In this document: in pieces, positions 1 through 11,718 of the stretch
Layout: each line of letters opens with the position of its first letter
Position numbering within the stretch: the first letter of the stretch is position 1
Assembly (NCBI GenBank): GCA_013416795.1
Contig: RQSC01000518.1
Coordinates: forward strand, 72,510 to 136,509
Direction of reading: 5' to 3'
DNA: 64,000 nt
Origin: Prasinococcaceae sp. CCMP 1430
Taxonomy: Eukaryota > Plantae > Prasinodermophyta
Translations under genes and position numbers: made by a program
The notes under the pieces: model-generated
What the model saw: the letters and a program-made list of their open reading frames with translations, nothing else
The model's database searches: none
What the model was told of the DNA's origin: nothing

Positions 1-555
1 GCCCCCTTTAGCCACTCGGGCCGCGCATGGACTCCCGGCCGGGCGCGACGCCCGCGGCCGGCCGAGGCGCGCGACGTCCCCGCCAGTCGCGGGGGAGCAG
101 ACAAGGCGGGGGGCCGGGGGGGGGTGGTGAAGGAGAGCCAATTAAAAATAATTTGCTTACAAAAATCATGAAAATATCGCCTTGACAAAAAAATTGAAGG
201 TGACCTGGCATTCCTACTCTGCGTGTGCCGGGAGTGATCAGCCGCTTATGTAGTAAAGGACTGGACGCCTCGCGGGCGCGGTGACTTGGTGAGGTCGTCG
301 GGGGCTGGCGTCTGGACGGGTGTGTGTTGACGCGGGTAGCAAGCCGCCACTAAAGCCCGTAGGGTGAGCGTCATGCATGCATGCGCGGCTGCGTACACGG
401 GGTGCGGGAGCATCCATCGGTGCGATCCGTGCGGGGAGGCGTGCACGCTGTGGACTGCCGGAGTGTGCCGAGCCATCGATCGACGCGAGCAGTGCCAGAC
501 GCGGCGGCGGTGCCGCACGCCCTGCTCCTGAGGATTCTCGCGCCGCGGTGCGTCC

Positions 556-2889
556 CTACAGCTCGCCGAAGCTGTTGCCCCCCCACTCGAATGCGCGCAC
601 GAAGCGATCGTGCATGTCCTTGGCGCTCGCGCAGGTTGGCACGCGCAGTGTCCAGAAGCACGTCGAGGCCACGGGCAGCCGCGTGCACCGCACCCCGATG
701 GCTGCGCCGGCGGCAGAGGCCGACGCGGAGGGGGGATGCGCAGGGACGTCTGGCACGCTTTGCCCTCCTCCTCGCTTTTGGCTGGGAGCGCGGGCGGACG
801 TCTTGGTGCTCGAGGCACAACACGCCCGGCACGCGCAGCGGGTGATGTTGATGCGCCCCGCGACGGCGGCGCTTCGGTTGTGCAGTCCTCCTGGAGGCAC
901 GGCCCGCAGACCGCAGCAGAAGCGGAGGAAGCGCGCAGATTCCTCGCCAGAGAAGGCGCCCAACGTGTCGAGCAGCATCGCTTTGACTGCGTCGCTCGGG
1001 GCGTTCGCTCTCGTGGTCGAGAAGTGCAAAAGCGGACGCAGGTCCGTCGTGAGCGGAGTGTCACCGCAGAGGAGATCCTCGAGCTCGCGGCCAGAGAGTC
1101 CCTCGAGCGCCGCGGCGAGGGGCGTGTGGGCGCGGAAGCCTCGGCGCAACGCCGCAAGCGCAGGGACGCGAGACTCGCTCGCGCCGCCGAAGAGTGTCTG
1201 CTGCATCTTGCGGTGCACGAAGTCGCGACGGTCTGCGACGGTGACGTGCGGAGGGCTTGGGCCGTCTGACTCATCAGACGAGCCTTCGCCGCCGTGGCTG
1301 AGACGCAGCGGCAGGTGCATCGAGGCCAGTGTCGCGGGCGAGGCGCGCAGGATGGCAAAGAGGCTGCCAGCTGCGACCGGGTCAAACGCTGCCACTTCGG
1401 CCATTGTGACGGTGCTCCCAGGCGCCTCCTCCCCGCTCGTGGCGAGGTACGAGAACACGCTCGGCGCGAGGCTAGCCACGGGCGCCGGCACACCTTGAAC
1501 GAGCGCTCGCGCGAGGGCTGCGCCCACGAGCTCGAGCGCGTCGCGCGCTGCATGCCGCGACGGCACCACAGTGGGCTGCTCGGTACCCACAGGTTCGAGC
1601 GGTCCCAGGCACGTCTCGAAAAGCCCTGCGCTCGGGTCGACAGCAGACGCTAGGAACTCGCCGAGAAACTCAGCCATGCAGCCGCCGCTGTCGAGCGCAA
1701 ACTCGCCCTCGTAGGTGACCGTCAGCGGAATGTCGGGTGCCGTGGGATTGACCGCCAGCAACTGCAGTCCGGTGGCCACGATGCTTGAGCGCAACACCCT
1801 GCTGGCTGCATTGCTGCCGCGCGTCTGGGCGCGCCTGGAGCGCCCGCGCCCACGCAGAGTCTCCAGAGCGGCCGTGGCGCGCGCGATGGCCTCACGCCGA
1901 ACGGTGCTGCCACCAATGCCATCGTTGGTGGCGCTGCGTGACGAATCTCCTCTCTCCAAAACCCCACCACATGACACGGCCGTTGCGCTCTTGCACGTCG
2001 GCGAGACCTCCTTAGCTGCGGCGGCCCACTTGGACCAGGCCAAAAACACACTCTGCGTCAAGTCCACCGCCTGCCTCCGCTTGGAGCGCGCCAGCTGCGC
2101 ATCCCGCCGCTTCGACTGCCGCTCGATGAGGTCAACTGCGGCACTGAGTTTTCGCTGCTCCCTCGCACTCAGCACAGGCGGCTGCGCGGAGGCCTGCTGG
2201 AGACGAGCGGCACCTTCACTGTCAAGCGTGCCAGCGAGACACAGGTCCTGCATCGAAGACTCTAGGCCGCGTCCTCCGGCTGTGTCGCTCGCGTGAGCGT
2301 CAAACGCATCCCCGCATTTGGCCTTCGAGCCAGGCGCGTCTGCATGGGCGACAAAGACGCAGCGGCGGTCTGTCACGCGCTCGGTGCATTCGGAGTGCGT
2401 GTTTTGTGGCCTCGACGCCCTTGCGTTTCGCTCGCGCGACCGGCAAGTGGCAGCCCTAGTGGCGGCGGGACTCGCGGGCTCTGCCGGCCGCTGGTCGGCG
2501 GGAATGTGCCGCCGGAGAGGCGCCGGCTCGCAGCAGACACTTCCAGGCTTCTGCTCGGACTTGCCTCCATCCTGGGGCGAGGCAGGCACCACGTCTTGTG
2601 GAGACACCGCAGTGCTGTTGTACTCTGTCGCTTGCAAAGCCGGCCGCGTGCCCAGCTCTTTGTCTCTTGCGGCGACCGGCGGATTGGGGTGCACGCCTTT
2701 TCCTGCGGCCTGCGATGGCGCGTTCCGGAGCGCCGGGGCATGCACGGGGCGACCACGCTCGCGCGTCGTCACTAGCTCGAGGACATTTTCTTTGTCCGCC
2801 AGCAGCGCCGACACGGCCTCTTCGGCCTCCGCCGACGAGCGGCGGCGTGGTCGAGGCCATGCGGTCGACAGGCTGCACCGCGCCGCCAT
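556..2889 (-). CDS. HECT-domain E3 ubiquitin ligase-like protein
   Basis: 777 aa ORF. HECT start motif VTYEGEFALDSGG..EFL..GLFE, then ARFLRFCCG..VPPGG, and catalytic-Cys motif LPVASTCFWTLRVP with terminal FG. N-terminal half is low complexity. Confidence 0.8.
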   Translation of the reverse strand: MAARCSLSTAWPRPRRRSSAEAEEAVSALLADKENVLELVTTRERGRPVHAPALRNAPSQAAGKGVHPNPPVAARDKELGTRPALQATEYNSTAVSPQDVVPASPQDGGKSEQKPGSVCCEPAPLRRHIPADQRPAEPASPAATRAATCRSRERNARASRPQNTHSECTERVTDRRCVFVAHADAPGSKAKCGDAFDAHASDTAGGRGLESSMQDLCLAGTLDSEGAARLQQASAQPPVLSAREQRKLSAAVDLIERQSKRRDAQLARSKRRQAVDLTQSVFLAWSKWAAAAKEVSPTCKSATAVSCGGVLERGDSSRSATNDGIGGSTVRREAIARATAALETLRGRGRSRRAQTRGSNAASRVLRSSIVATGLQLLAVNPTAPDIPLTVTYEGEFALDSGGCMAEFLGEFLASAVDPSAGLFETCLGPLEPVGTEQPTVVPSRHAARDALELVGAALARALVQGVPAPVASLAPSVFSYLATSGEEAPGSTVTMAEVAAFDPVAAGSLFAILRASPATLASMHLPLRLSHGGEGSSDESDGPSPPHVTVADRRDFVHRKMQQTLFGGASESRVPALAALRRGFRAHTPLAAALEGLSGRELEDLLCGDTPLTTDLRPLLHFSTTRANAPSDAVKAMLLDTLGAFSGEESARFLRFCCGLRAVPPGGLHNRSAAVAGRINITRCACRACCASSTKTSARAPSQKRGGGQSVPDVPAHPPSASASAAGAAIGVRCTRLPVASTCFWTLRVPTCASAKDMHDRFVRAFEWGGNSFGEL

Positions 2890-3757
2890 GCTGGTCGTGC
2901 CAGTGATGACCCCCCCCTCCCTGATCTCACGTGGCCGCTGTCCCTCGCTGTTCGTGGTCGGAAGGACGGCTGCTGTACGTCACGGGGAGCTATTGCTGGC
3001 CATCACCGCGTACTGTCCGAGCAAGCTGCAACGGGCAGCCACCCGCGGGCGGGCGTCGCGGGCAACGGGGTGTGCGCCTGCCCGACAGGCGGCGCCGCCA
3101 CTCACCAGCGTGCTGCGCCAGCTCACGCGGGGCTGTGTCTGCTTCGCCCGGCGCGTGTCCCCCCGCAGTGGTTGCGCGGTGGTCCGCCGCGCAGTGTGCC
3201 GCCAGGTACGGAGTGCGGGAGCGAGGTGCAGCAGTGGGGTACGCCCCTCAGATTCGCACGCGCGCGTCACGCGAGCGTCGTGCCCCGCGCGCCGAGTGGC
3301 GCGCGGCGTGGCGCACCTCGGCAGCCGCCAACCAACAGGCTCGCCATCCTGCAGCGCCCCGGCGCCCACCCGCGCGGATCAATCTGCCAGGCGGCCGCCA
3401 GGGTGGCGCCCTCCCGGGAAAGCGCCCGCGCCTCCAAATGCACTGTGCGTTTTCGCTTTCGCCGCCGCACATCCCATTGTTCTGAGATGCGGGGCCATAA
3501 ACTCTTCTGCGAAAATGTACGGAGCAGCGCGCGATGCCGATGCGCCGCAACGAAGCGCGCGCCAGGCTGGCTTCATGCGGCGGACGCGCACCTGCCTCGA
3601 GAGACCTCGCTCAGGCGCGGAAGGCCTGTGCGGTAGGGTAGGTGACGCCTGCACCGCCGCTCTCTTGCCCGGCGCTGCGCCAAAGCGCAACAGCTGAGCG
3701 TCAGCGCGCCCGCGCTGGAGGGATACATACACACTATGATTACATGTCCAACTGTGA

Positions 3758-6700
3758 TCACGCCCTCTCCTGCGAGTGGAGGAAGGCGTGCAGCTTGCCA
3801 GCGCGCTGTCCGGGCATGACGGATGCTAGCACTTTCTCGTCCGCGCGCGCTATGTCGCGAAGGCTCACGCCCGGCGCATTGCGCGAGAGCTGGTGCACGT
3901 CGTTGGGATGTACGCCCGGCAGCATGCAGAGGGCTTCAACCGCGGGCGCATTGAACGCCGTGCTGTTCACGTCGGTGGCCTCGGGCATGCTCACGTCCGC
4001 GGCGGCCCGAGCGTCAGGCTCGGGGTGGCCATCTTTGAGCGCCTTGAACAGTGCGGCAGTTTGGTGCATAGACTGCGACCAGAGCAGCCTCAGGCCGGGG
4101 AAGTGCATGACGAGCAGTGCGACCTTAGAAAGGATGCTGTTCACGCTCACGTCGTCGCCCAGGTCCGTGCTCTCAGCAAGGAAGAACGGCCCCTGCGAGC
4201 TGAACTCGACCAGCAGCACAGGCGTGCGGTAGCACTTTGCCATGGAAGCGCATTGCTTGTAGAGGCGGCCAGACGCAAATGACTGCCTGAGGTCGCTCAA
4301 ACTCTTGCGCTCGACGCACACGGTCGGGGACAGGACGTAGTCAGCCACCTCGAGCGTGACAGGCTTCACGTGGAAGCCCATGCTGTGCAGCACGAGTGGC
4401 AGGTTGGACATGAACTCACGCATGTCCACTACGATGACAGGGCGGCCTGCAGTCCCAGAGCCTGCGCTGCCCCTGGCATTGCCACCGCTACTACGGGCAG
4501 CGAAGGGGCCAGATGCGCCCAAGCTGACGGGCACGCCGAGGGCGCTGATGCCGTTGTGGATCGAGCGACTGTCTCGCTTGAAAGGCACCTCTCCATTTTG
4601 GTCCAGAGCGCCCCCACCCGCGGTCACGCCGTCCTTTTTGCAGAGCATCTGCTTCGCAAAGATGAGGCCTTCAACGAACGCGCGCGGTCAGCCGGGTCAG
4701 CGCAACAACGCGGCACTTCGTGCTCGGAGACGCATCGAAATTGCGGGACAGCGCTCGTCAGCACACCCGCGCTGGCATTGCCACCACGCTTACCTTCGAA
4801 GGCACTCTTCTCCTCCTGCACGCTGCTCACGAACTGCTGTGCCTCGATGCTCTCTTCGTACATGAGCAAGAAGCACTTGAGCACGTCTCGACCGGGTCCG
4901 CCGCCCGCGCAGAAGGTCTCGAGCTCACGAATGACCTGCGCGTGTATGTCATACACCACCACAGCGCGCGGACGCAAGTCCCACAGCGGGCTGATGCACG
5001 GCCCGTCCTGTGTTGCATGGAAAAACACGCGGCACGGTGGCGGCGCGCCCTTGCCGCCACCGCCACCGCTGGCACCTTGCACAAGCACAGAACGGTATGA
5101 CTCGCCCTCGGCCATTCCGCCCGGTCGACAGCTCCCCTCCGATCCTCCTGTGCTAGCGGTGCCAGCAGCCCCAATCACTTGGGCGGCACTGGCTCGCACA
5201 GCGGCCGGTGTCGCTGCGCTGCTGCTATCGGCGCCGGTACTAGCCCCAGTCCCGGCCGTGCCCCCGCCTCCTCCCTCGCCGCCTCGCGCCTTGCGCTTCT
5301 TGGGTTTTCCGGCCGCGCGCACTGGCCTTGATTTGAGCCTCGCGTACGCGCGTTGCATGAACTGCTCGGCGCCCTCAGTAAGCACGGACTCAAGCTGCAG
5401 CGCCGTGCCCTGGTCTCTGACGACAACGAGTACTGGCACCTCCTCCTCCAAGTCATGCTCGGCGGCCACCTCGCCAAGTACGTCGCGCAGCAGGCCCCAC
5501 TTGGGCAGCGGCTCGAGGCAGATGACCTCTGCGCCAGACCCACCGCTCTTGGTTGCCACGCGCCGCTGTGCCGAATCGAACACAGAACGCGCGATGTCGA
5601 GCGACAGCCACACCGAGCGCTGGCCCTCAGACTCGCGCAACCCGACGAGGTACGCCAGAAAGGTGGCGGCATCGTGCGTGAGCAACAGAGTGGCGATCGT
5701 GCGAAGCGTACTCAGGTCCCCCAGGATGAGTTTGAGGCGGCGGGGGAGCAGGTGCCAGACTGTGCCTTTCTGCCGCTTGACGAGCTCATCGATTGGTGCG
5801 AGCAACCCGTGCTCAACGGTCAGGCCCGTAACGTCAAGCTCGGTAGACGTCGCGAGCTCCTTCAGGCAGTGCTCCATCGCCTGAACAATGCCACGCTGCA
5901 CCGCAAGCATGGCGGCGGTGAGTGGTTGCTGAAGTTCGACTACTTGCGGAGGCCGTGCGTCGAGCACGCGCGCGACGTCGACCTGGAAGCGCGGCCACAG
6001 CACGAGGCGCGGTGCGCCGAGCAGTCCCGCGACCTGCTCGACGCGCGACGTGTTCTTGAGCGAGCGCGGCGTCGCGCTCAGCCCGCAGATGTGTGTGCTG
6101 GCATTGCCCTCGCGTATGAGCCGGACGGCGAATGCCTCGGGCGACACGTCCTGAAGCCTGTGCGCATTCATCACGACGACTCTGCGCACCTGCGAAGGCT
6201 TGAGCCGGCCAGTGAGTAGGTCCACCACGAGGATGCGCGTGGTGACGAACATGCTGGCCGAGCTGCGAGAGTACATCACGGCTCGGTGCTCCCCTGTGTA
6301 GTCAGCGGTCACCTCTACGGGGAAGCGCACGGCTGACGCAGCCGATGATGCTCCGAATAGCCGTACGAATTCGCACTTGACTGCGTGACGGTCGCTCTCA
6401 GTCTCACCAATGCACAGAAGGAGACCTGCGCTGGATCCACCGGGCAGGCTCGCACGCTCAGAGTCCTCTGCAGCGCTGGCTACCACACGTGTGGCCCCGC
6501 TGCCGCTGGCACCGGCGCTTGCGGCGGCGGCGCTCTGCCCCTGTGCGCCGGCGCCAGCGGGTGCACTGTCCTCAGCGCATCCGCCATCACCATCATTCCC
6601 GCCAGCATCAGCGCCCTCCCCCTGCGCGGTGCCAAGGCCGTATGCGGGGCAGCCATTCCCACCTGACTGAACCCCCGCGCGCGCACGCGCGAGCAAGTGC

Positions 6701-6861
6701 GCAGCGACAGAATGGACCGCGCAGCCACTCGCGAAGACAGACAGCGACGCATGTGGACCGGCCGTGGCTCCTGCAACCATGTAGCGCACGAGGGTCGCAG
6801 CGTCTGTCGGCAGCGCAGCCCGGCCGTCCGCATGTTCCGCACCCAGCTGGTCGGACTCCAT
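3758..6861 (-). CDS. XPF: DNA repair endonuclease XPF/ERCC4 (RAD1/UVH1), 2 exons: 6861-4794, 4668-3758
   Basis: Helicase-like motifs FVTTRILVVDLL, NAHRL..SPEAFAVRL, LWPRFQ. Nuclease motifs VDMREF, LEVADYVLS, VERKS.SDL.QSF.SGRLY. GTAAGC..GCTGAC..AG intron at 4793-4669 joins AFEG-LIFAKQM in frame. Confidence 0.93.
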
Positions 6862-7175
6862 CGCTCCGGTCGTTCAGGCCAAGGAGCTATGCAGTCCTCG
6901 TGCGCATACGGGCGGTGGCCGCGTGCTCGGCGGCTGCAGGCGGGATCGGATCGGTGAGAGAGAGAGAGGACGAGCCCCGCGACCGGCAGCAGCAGCGGCA
7001 GTCCCGGCGCCAGCGCCGGCGGCGCGGCGGTCGCGGGGGCGCGCAAGCCTTCCTCCGCTTCGGCGCTGCGGTGGGGGGCATGTGCGCGTGCGGAGTGTGG
7101 CACTGCCCTGCGCGAGGAGCGCTGTGCGCTCTCCGGTCAGGGGCGTGCTGCCGCGGCGGTGAACGCGGGCACCGG

Positions 7176-7538
7176 TCATGAGGGCGGCGAGCGCGAGCGG
7201 ACCTCGGCGCGGGCGTGCGATGGCCACGCGGGCCGCATTGCTGCTCCGGGTGATCTGCGGATCTCCATCGATGCCTGCCGGTTCGTTTCGCCGCGCGTCC
7301 GCAGCTTTCCCAATCGTTCTTCCATAGAGCCGCGCGCGGCGTTTCGCTTCGCGCGGCGCCGCCGCTGCGCTTCCGCGCCGTTCAGCGCTTCGTCGATCGC
7401 AGCCCGGATCGTGGGGTCGGAATGGCCACGGCGTGGCGTGAAGCGCGCGAGTTGCCGAGCTCGCGCGGCGGGCGCGGGGCACGGGGCGGCACGCTCGGCG
7501 CGGCTCCTCGAGGCGAGGCGATCGGGACGACGCGCCAT
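7176..7538 (-). CDS. possible small hypothetical protein upstream of XPF
   Basis: ATG-started ~120 aa reading with a helical-looking charged core (PTIRAAIDEALNGAEAQRRRRAKRNAARGSMEERLGKL). No recognisable family. Confidence 0.25.
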   Translation of the reverse strand: MARRPDRLASRSRAERAAPCPAPAARARQLARFTPRRGHSDPTIRAAIDEALNGAEAQRRRRAKRNAARGSMEERLGKLRTRGETNRQASMEIRRSPGAAMRPAWPSHARAEVRSRSPPS

Positions 7539-7784
7539 TCGACACTCCCACGCGCGCCACGGACGGGGGCGCCACAGCGCGAGAGGGAACGCAAAGGCAG
7601 CAGGCAAGCCCAGGAGGTTTCGGCGCCAGAGGGCGCGCGGGGCGGGCAGGTGTGTGCTTCGGCTGGGACTGGGTGGACTCGGAGGCGACCTGGGACCCTT
7701 GACACACCCGGCTCCCGCACAGACGAACGCCCCTCAAGACGTGCGCGGCAGCCCATATCTCCTGGTGCACGCTGCGTGCGGCAA

Positions 7785-9050
7785 ATGGCGACGCCCGGGG
7801 AGTGGTACGCGTCGCTGCCGGTGGTGACACGTACGTGGGGCACAGCATGCGTCGCGACAACGGCGGCGCTGTCCTTCGGCATGGTCACGCCATACACGCT
7901 GTTGCTGGACTTCGGCGCGATCGTCAAAAAGTTCGAGGTGAGTACTTTCGCTCGCTTGTTTGCTTGCGGAGGACATCGCAGCGTTGGCAATGGCGAGTAG
8001 GTGCTCTGCCACCCAGCGTCGCGATTGCTCTCCGAGCAGTAGCACTTGCAGTCGCGCACCACGAGAGGCTCAGCGACAGACAAGCGCTGACAGACACGCA
8101 CGCACCACGTGCTCCCCTCCCCCCCTTTCCTTGGACCCCTCTCCGCCGCCTTCCCCCGCCACGCGCGCGCATATGTGCGTGGACTTGCATGGTCGCCCCT
8201 GCCGGCCACGCCATGCATGCGCAGATCTGGCGGCTGGTGACGCCGTACCTGGTACTCGGGGGCTTCGGCTTCCCCTTCCTGATGAACCTTCTCTTCATCA
8301 TGAACTATGCGGTGCCTCTTGAGGTGGCGACTTTCGAGGGGCGCAAAGCAGATTTTGGGTACATGCTCTTTGTGGGCATGGTGGCGATGTTGCCCTTCGC
8401 ATGGACGCTGTCAATGCCGTTTACTGCGGTGCCACTGGTATTCATGCTGATGTATGTGTGGAGCCGGTACAACCCGAACAGCCAAGTGTCGCTGTATGGT
8501 GTTCTCAAGCTGCAGAGCTTCTACCTGGTACGGCTGTGGGCGTGCGTGCGTGCGTGCGCGTGCGTTCGTCGCTCGGTAGACCGCAGCAAGGCTAACTGTG
8601 CGCGCCACGCCTTCAACAATCCCATGCCTGCGCACCCTGCGCCCGCGCAGCCTTGGGCCATGGTTGCCATTACTATGCTGCTTGGCAACGACCCCATTCC
8701 TGACCTGGTGGGCATCGCTGTGGGGCACGTGTACTACTTCCTGGTCGAGTTGTATCCGCGCGCCGGCGGGCCAGCGCTGCTAAACACACCCAAGTGGTTC
8801 GAGTCCATGTTCTTCTCGCTGGGGTGAGCAGGTGGAGGATGCGACGCGCCGGTGCGCGGGTGTGGCAGTTTCTGTATGCGTGGACTTGCGCTGCTCGACT
8901 CGCTCCTGACCATTGCTTTCGCGCGTTCCCGTTGCTGACCTCACCAATAGGTTTCGAGGCGACACGACGACACGCGCGCAGGCGCAGGCGCAGCGGGCGG
9001 CCGGGTTCAGAGCATTCGGCGGTGGCGGGAGGCGGCTGGGGGGAGACTAG
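7785..9050 (+). CDS. DER1: Derlin (Der1-like ERAD membrane protein), 4 exons: 7785-7937, 8225-8527, 8651-8823, 8951-9050
   Basis: EWYASLPVVTRTW, IWRLVT, F.GRKADF.YML, YVWSR.NP, YLPW, GHVYYFL..YP, and C-terminal SHP-like AFGGGGRRLG. Three GT-AG introns keep the frame. Confidence 0.92.
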
Positions 9051-9243
9051 CAAGCTACTGTAGCTAGAGAACGCTCGGCTTCGGAAAGCCGATCCTTGAA
9101 ATGACCGGCAGTGGCCACGACGCTACTTAGTTAGCTTGGCGCAATGCGGTCGGCGACATCCCATGCAGGGCCCGCAGCGCGCCGCTCTATCAGCGACATC
9201 TGTGTGATGAGATCGACTGCGCGGAAGCTTGCTTGGGCGTGCG

Positions 9244-10132
9244 TCATGCAGTGTTGCGCATAAGGTGCTCTGCCGACTGCGGGTCCGACTCAGCAAGCTC
9301 GACGAGCTCGTCCGCCTTGGCGACTGTCGACGCCACCACGCGCTTGTTGGTCTCCTGCTGGTGTCCCGCGAGCAGGAGTTCGTCCAGCAAGAAGTACGCC
9401 CTGTGAAAGTTAAATACCAGATCCAACTGTGTGATACGTTGTGTGCACGGCGCCAGCGCAGAAGCGCAGAAGAGAGCAGCGTCAGCTATGGGCCGCTGCG
9501 TGATTGCCGCACGGTCTCCCTGATACACGCGTCAGGTCAAACACACGTGCATCGACAGGTGATCGTCGATAACAGATGCACGAACCTCACACACGTTCCC
9601 AAAGTACCGGTCGAGGATTTCGACAAATTGGGAGATCAAGTCGAGCGTCGCCAGCTCGTTGTCCGCCATGTCGGTGGCCACGGCAAAGAAGAGGCTCGCA
9701 AAGCGGCGATATACGATCTGCCTCGGCCACGAGGACGGGTAGGGGAAGGGGCGGTGCGAGGGAAAGAGCGTGCGCACCGTCAGTGCAAGCTCGGGACCAT
9801 CACGGAGAGGGTATCACGTGCCTCGGCTGTCTCGTGCGACACACGCGGCAGACGGGACCGAGTTGCGGGCCCGACCGAGCAGCGTGTCCTCTCCGCAAGC
9901 GTCTCTAGCTAGCTAGCTAGAGCTAGCTTTCGTCACAACTCACCTTCTTGTCGTCGCGCCATTCGATGAAGCTGCACATCCGGTTGGCATTTGGCCCTTT
10001 GGTGCGGGCCAAGACTTCGGAGACTATGCCGTACTGTACCTTCCGCCGCTCCTTCGTGGTGGGCGCGCCGCTGTAGAACTTGGCCAGCCGCACCTTCCCC
10101 TGCTTGGAGAAGAGTAGCACTGCGTGGATCAT
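9244..10132 (-). CDS. AP1S: Adaptor complex small (sigma) subunit, most like AP-1 sigma, 3 exons: 10132-9944, 9717-9586, 9426-9244
   Basis: [71 protein letters not shown]..QET. Phase-0 GT-AG introns. Confidence 0.9.
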
Positions 10133-10812
10133 CCTCGCACAGTCCCTCGAACGCGCCGCGTAAAGGCAGGCAGTCGCTCCACGGCGCGCGGCCCTGCCGC
10201 TCCTCAACACCCGCGCGCAATAAAAAGGCCAAATCCCCAAGTCACGGTGCAGGCGCGGAGCGCGCAGGCCGGGCGTCCGTGGGACCTGGCTCCCGCCGCG
10301 GGCCCCGGTGACTGGGGTGCCGAGGCGACGCGCGGCCCCGAGGGGTCGTCTGGCGCGGGGACAGGGTGCTGCCCACTCCTTCGCGGCACGCTGCGACGCC
10401 GGCACCCGTCACGGACCTTCATTCAGTACTTTCGGGCGATATTGCAGGAATGTCTCAGAATGTCTGTGTCAGCGTGCCCCGATGCGTCCCAGGTGACCAA
10501 AGAACCGCGGCCCGAGTTCTCGCGGACTAGCCCGTTTTTTTTAGGAAACGATAAGACATCTTCACCGCAACAGGCAGAGCGAATCGAAGCTTTGTTTCGT
10601 CGGACATCGCCGATTCTTGGGTCGGGGGCGAAGTGTTCCTCGTTTGGAGTCGTGGTCGATGTGACGTCTGTGTCCCAAGCCATGGGCGAGCGCGAGGCGC
10701 TGAGAGCGCCAATCCTTGCGCGGAGCACGAGCCTCCGCCGCGAGGCGGCCCCGCTTGGCACACCGCACGGCACACGCGCGCGATGCTCGTGCCTCGCCGC
10801 CGCGCCATCAGC

Positions 10813-11538
10813 ATGCCTGGCGTGAGCGAGCTCCGCACAAAGCTGGCAGGCTTTGTCGTAGGCGTTAGCTTCGGACATACGTTGGGCCGGAGCTTTGCCG
10901 GTGCAGGTGCCAACGACGACAGACCAGTCCTGGCCCGCATGTCTTCCGAGGCTGGCAACGCTGAGCTTGCCGAAGAGTGCTTCGCTGCCCCCACTGTCAC
11001 TGACAGTCCAACTGAGCAAGAAGTTGCGAAGAGTGTCAAATGTCAGGCAACCGAGACCGTCGCCCAAGCTGAAGCTGACGACGGCCTCGCGGAGCTCGCC
11101 GCTTACCTCGCGGCACGTGCCCTCTTGCTTGCGATTGCGGACGTCGGTTGTGCACCGGCCAGCGCGCAGCCTGATCCACAAGCCTTCTCAACGACGGACA
11201 CCGGGAAGGACGAGTCCGAGGGCGACGTAAAGGACTCGCAGGAGGGCGAGGGCGCGGGTGACAGCCAGGGTGGCAGCTGCGCAGGCTGGCAAGAGACACG
11301 CGCCGCCCTTACGAGCACTGTCGGCGAGGTTGCTGCGAGAGTCCGCGCATGCGGCACACACGCGCTCAGATGGGTTGTACGCGAACTCGTTCGTCTGAAC
11401 CTCGTGGAAGCGATTGCTGTCGTGCTCGCCGCTCTCCCACCTTCGCTCGTGATCGCGTCAGGCCTGTTCACAGACTTGACAAGGGCAACGCGGAACCGGC
11501 CGATGACCACGCAGCTGCTGGCGATCATCCGCATTTAG
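10813..11538 (+). CDS. hypothetical protein with N- and C-terminal hydrophobic segments
   Basis: Open frame with balanced composition, acidic middle, and hydrophobic ends (AGFVVGVSFG; IAVVLAALPPSLVIASGLF). No family recognised and start uncertain. Confidence 0.5.
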   Translation: MPGVSELRTKLAGFVVGVSFGHTLGRSFAGAGANDDRPVLARMSSEAGNAELAEECFAAPTVTDSPTEQEVAKSVKCQATETVAQAEADDGLAELAAYLAARALLLAIADVGCAPASAQPDPQAFSTTDTGKDESEGDVKDSQEGEGAGDSQGGSCAGWQETRAALTSTVGEVAARVRACGTHALRWVVRELVRLNLVEAIAVVLAALPPSLVIASGLFTDLTRATRNRPMTTQLLAIIRI

Positions 11539-11718
11539 TTAGCTATTGCGTGCGCGGACGTAAAATCCGGCGCGGGGTGCACAGTCTGAACCAGGGGTGT
11601 TTTTGTTTCAGCCTGTTTCGCACAACTCCGCGTGGAGGCGCCCGCCCCGCAATCAGGAGGGCACAACGCGCGCGCGCGCGGTGGGCGAGGGTGGGGCGCG
11701 GGTGGGGGGCGAGGCAGA

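Noticed and set aside
130-370. AT-rich island with TTGACA resembling a bacterial promoter or ncRNA gene
   Set aside because: Eukaryotic context, and no recognisable snRNA, SRP, tRNA or riboswitch motif follows it.
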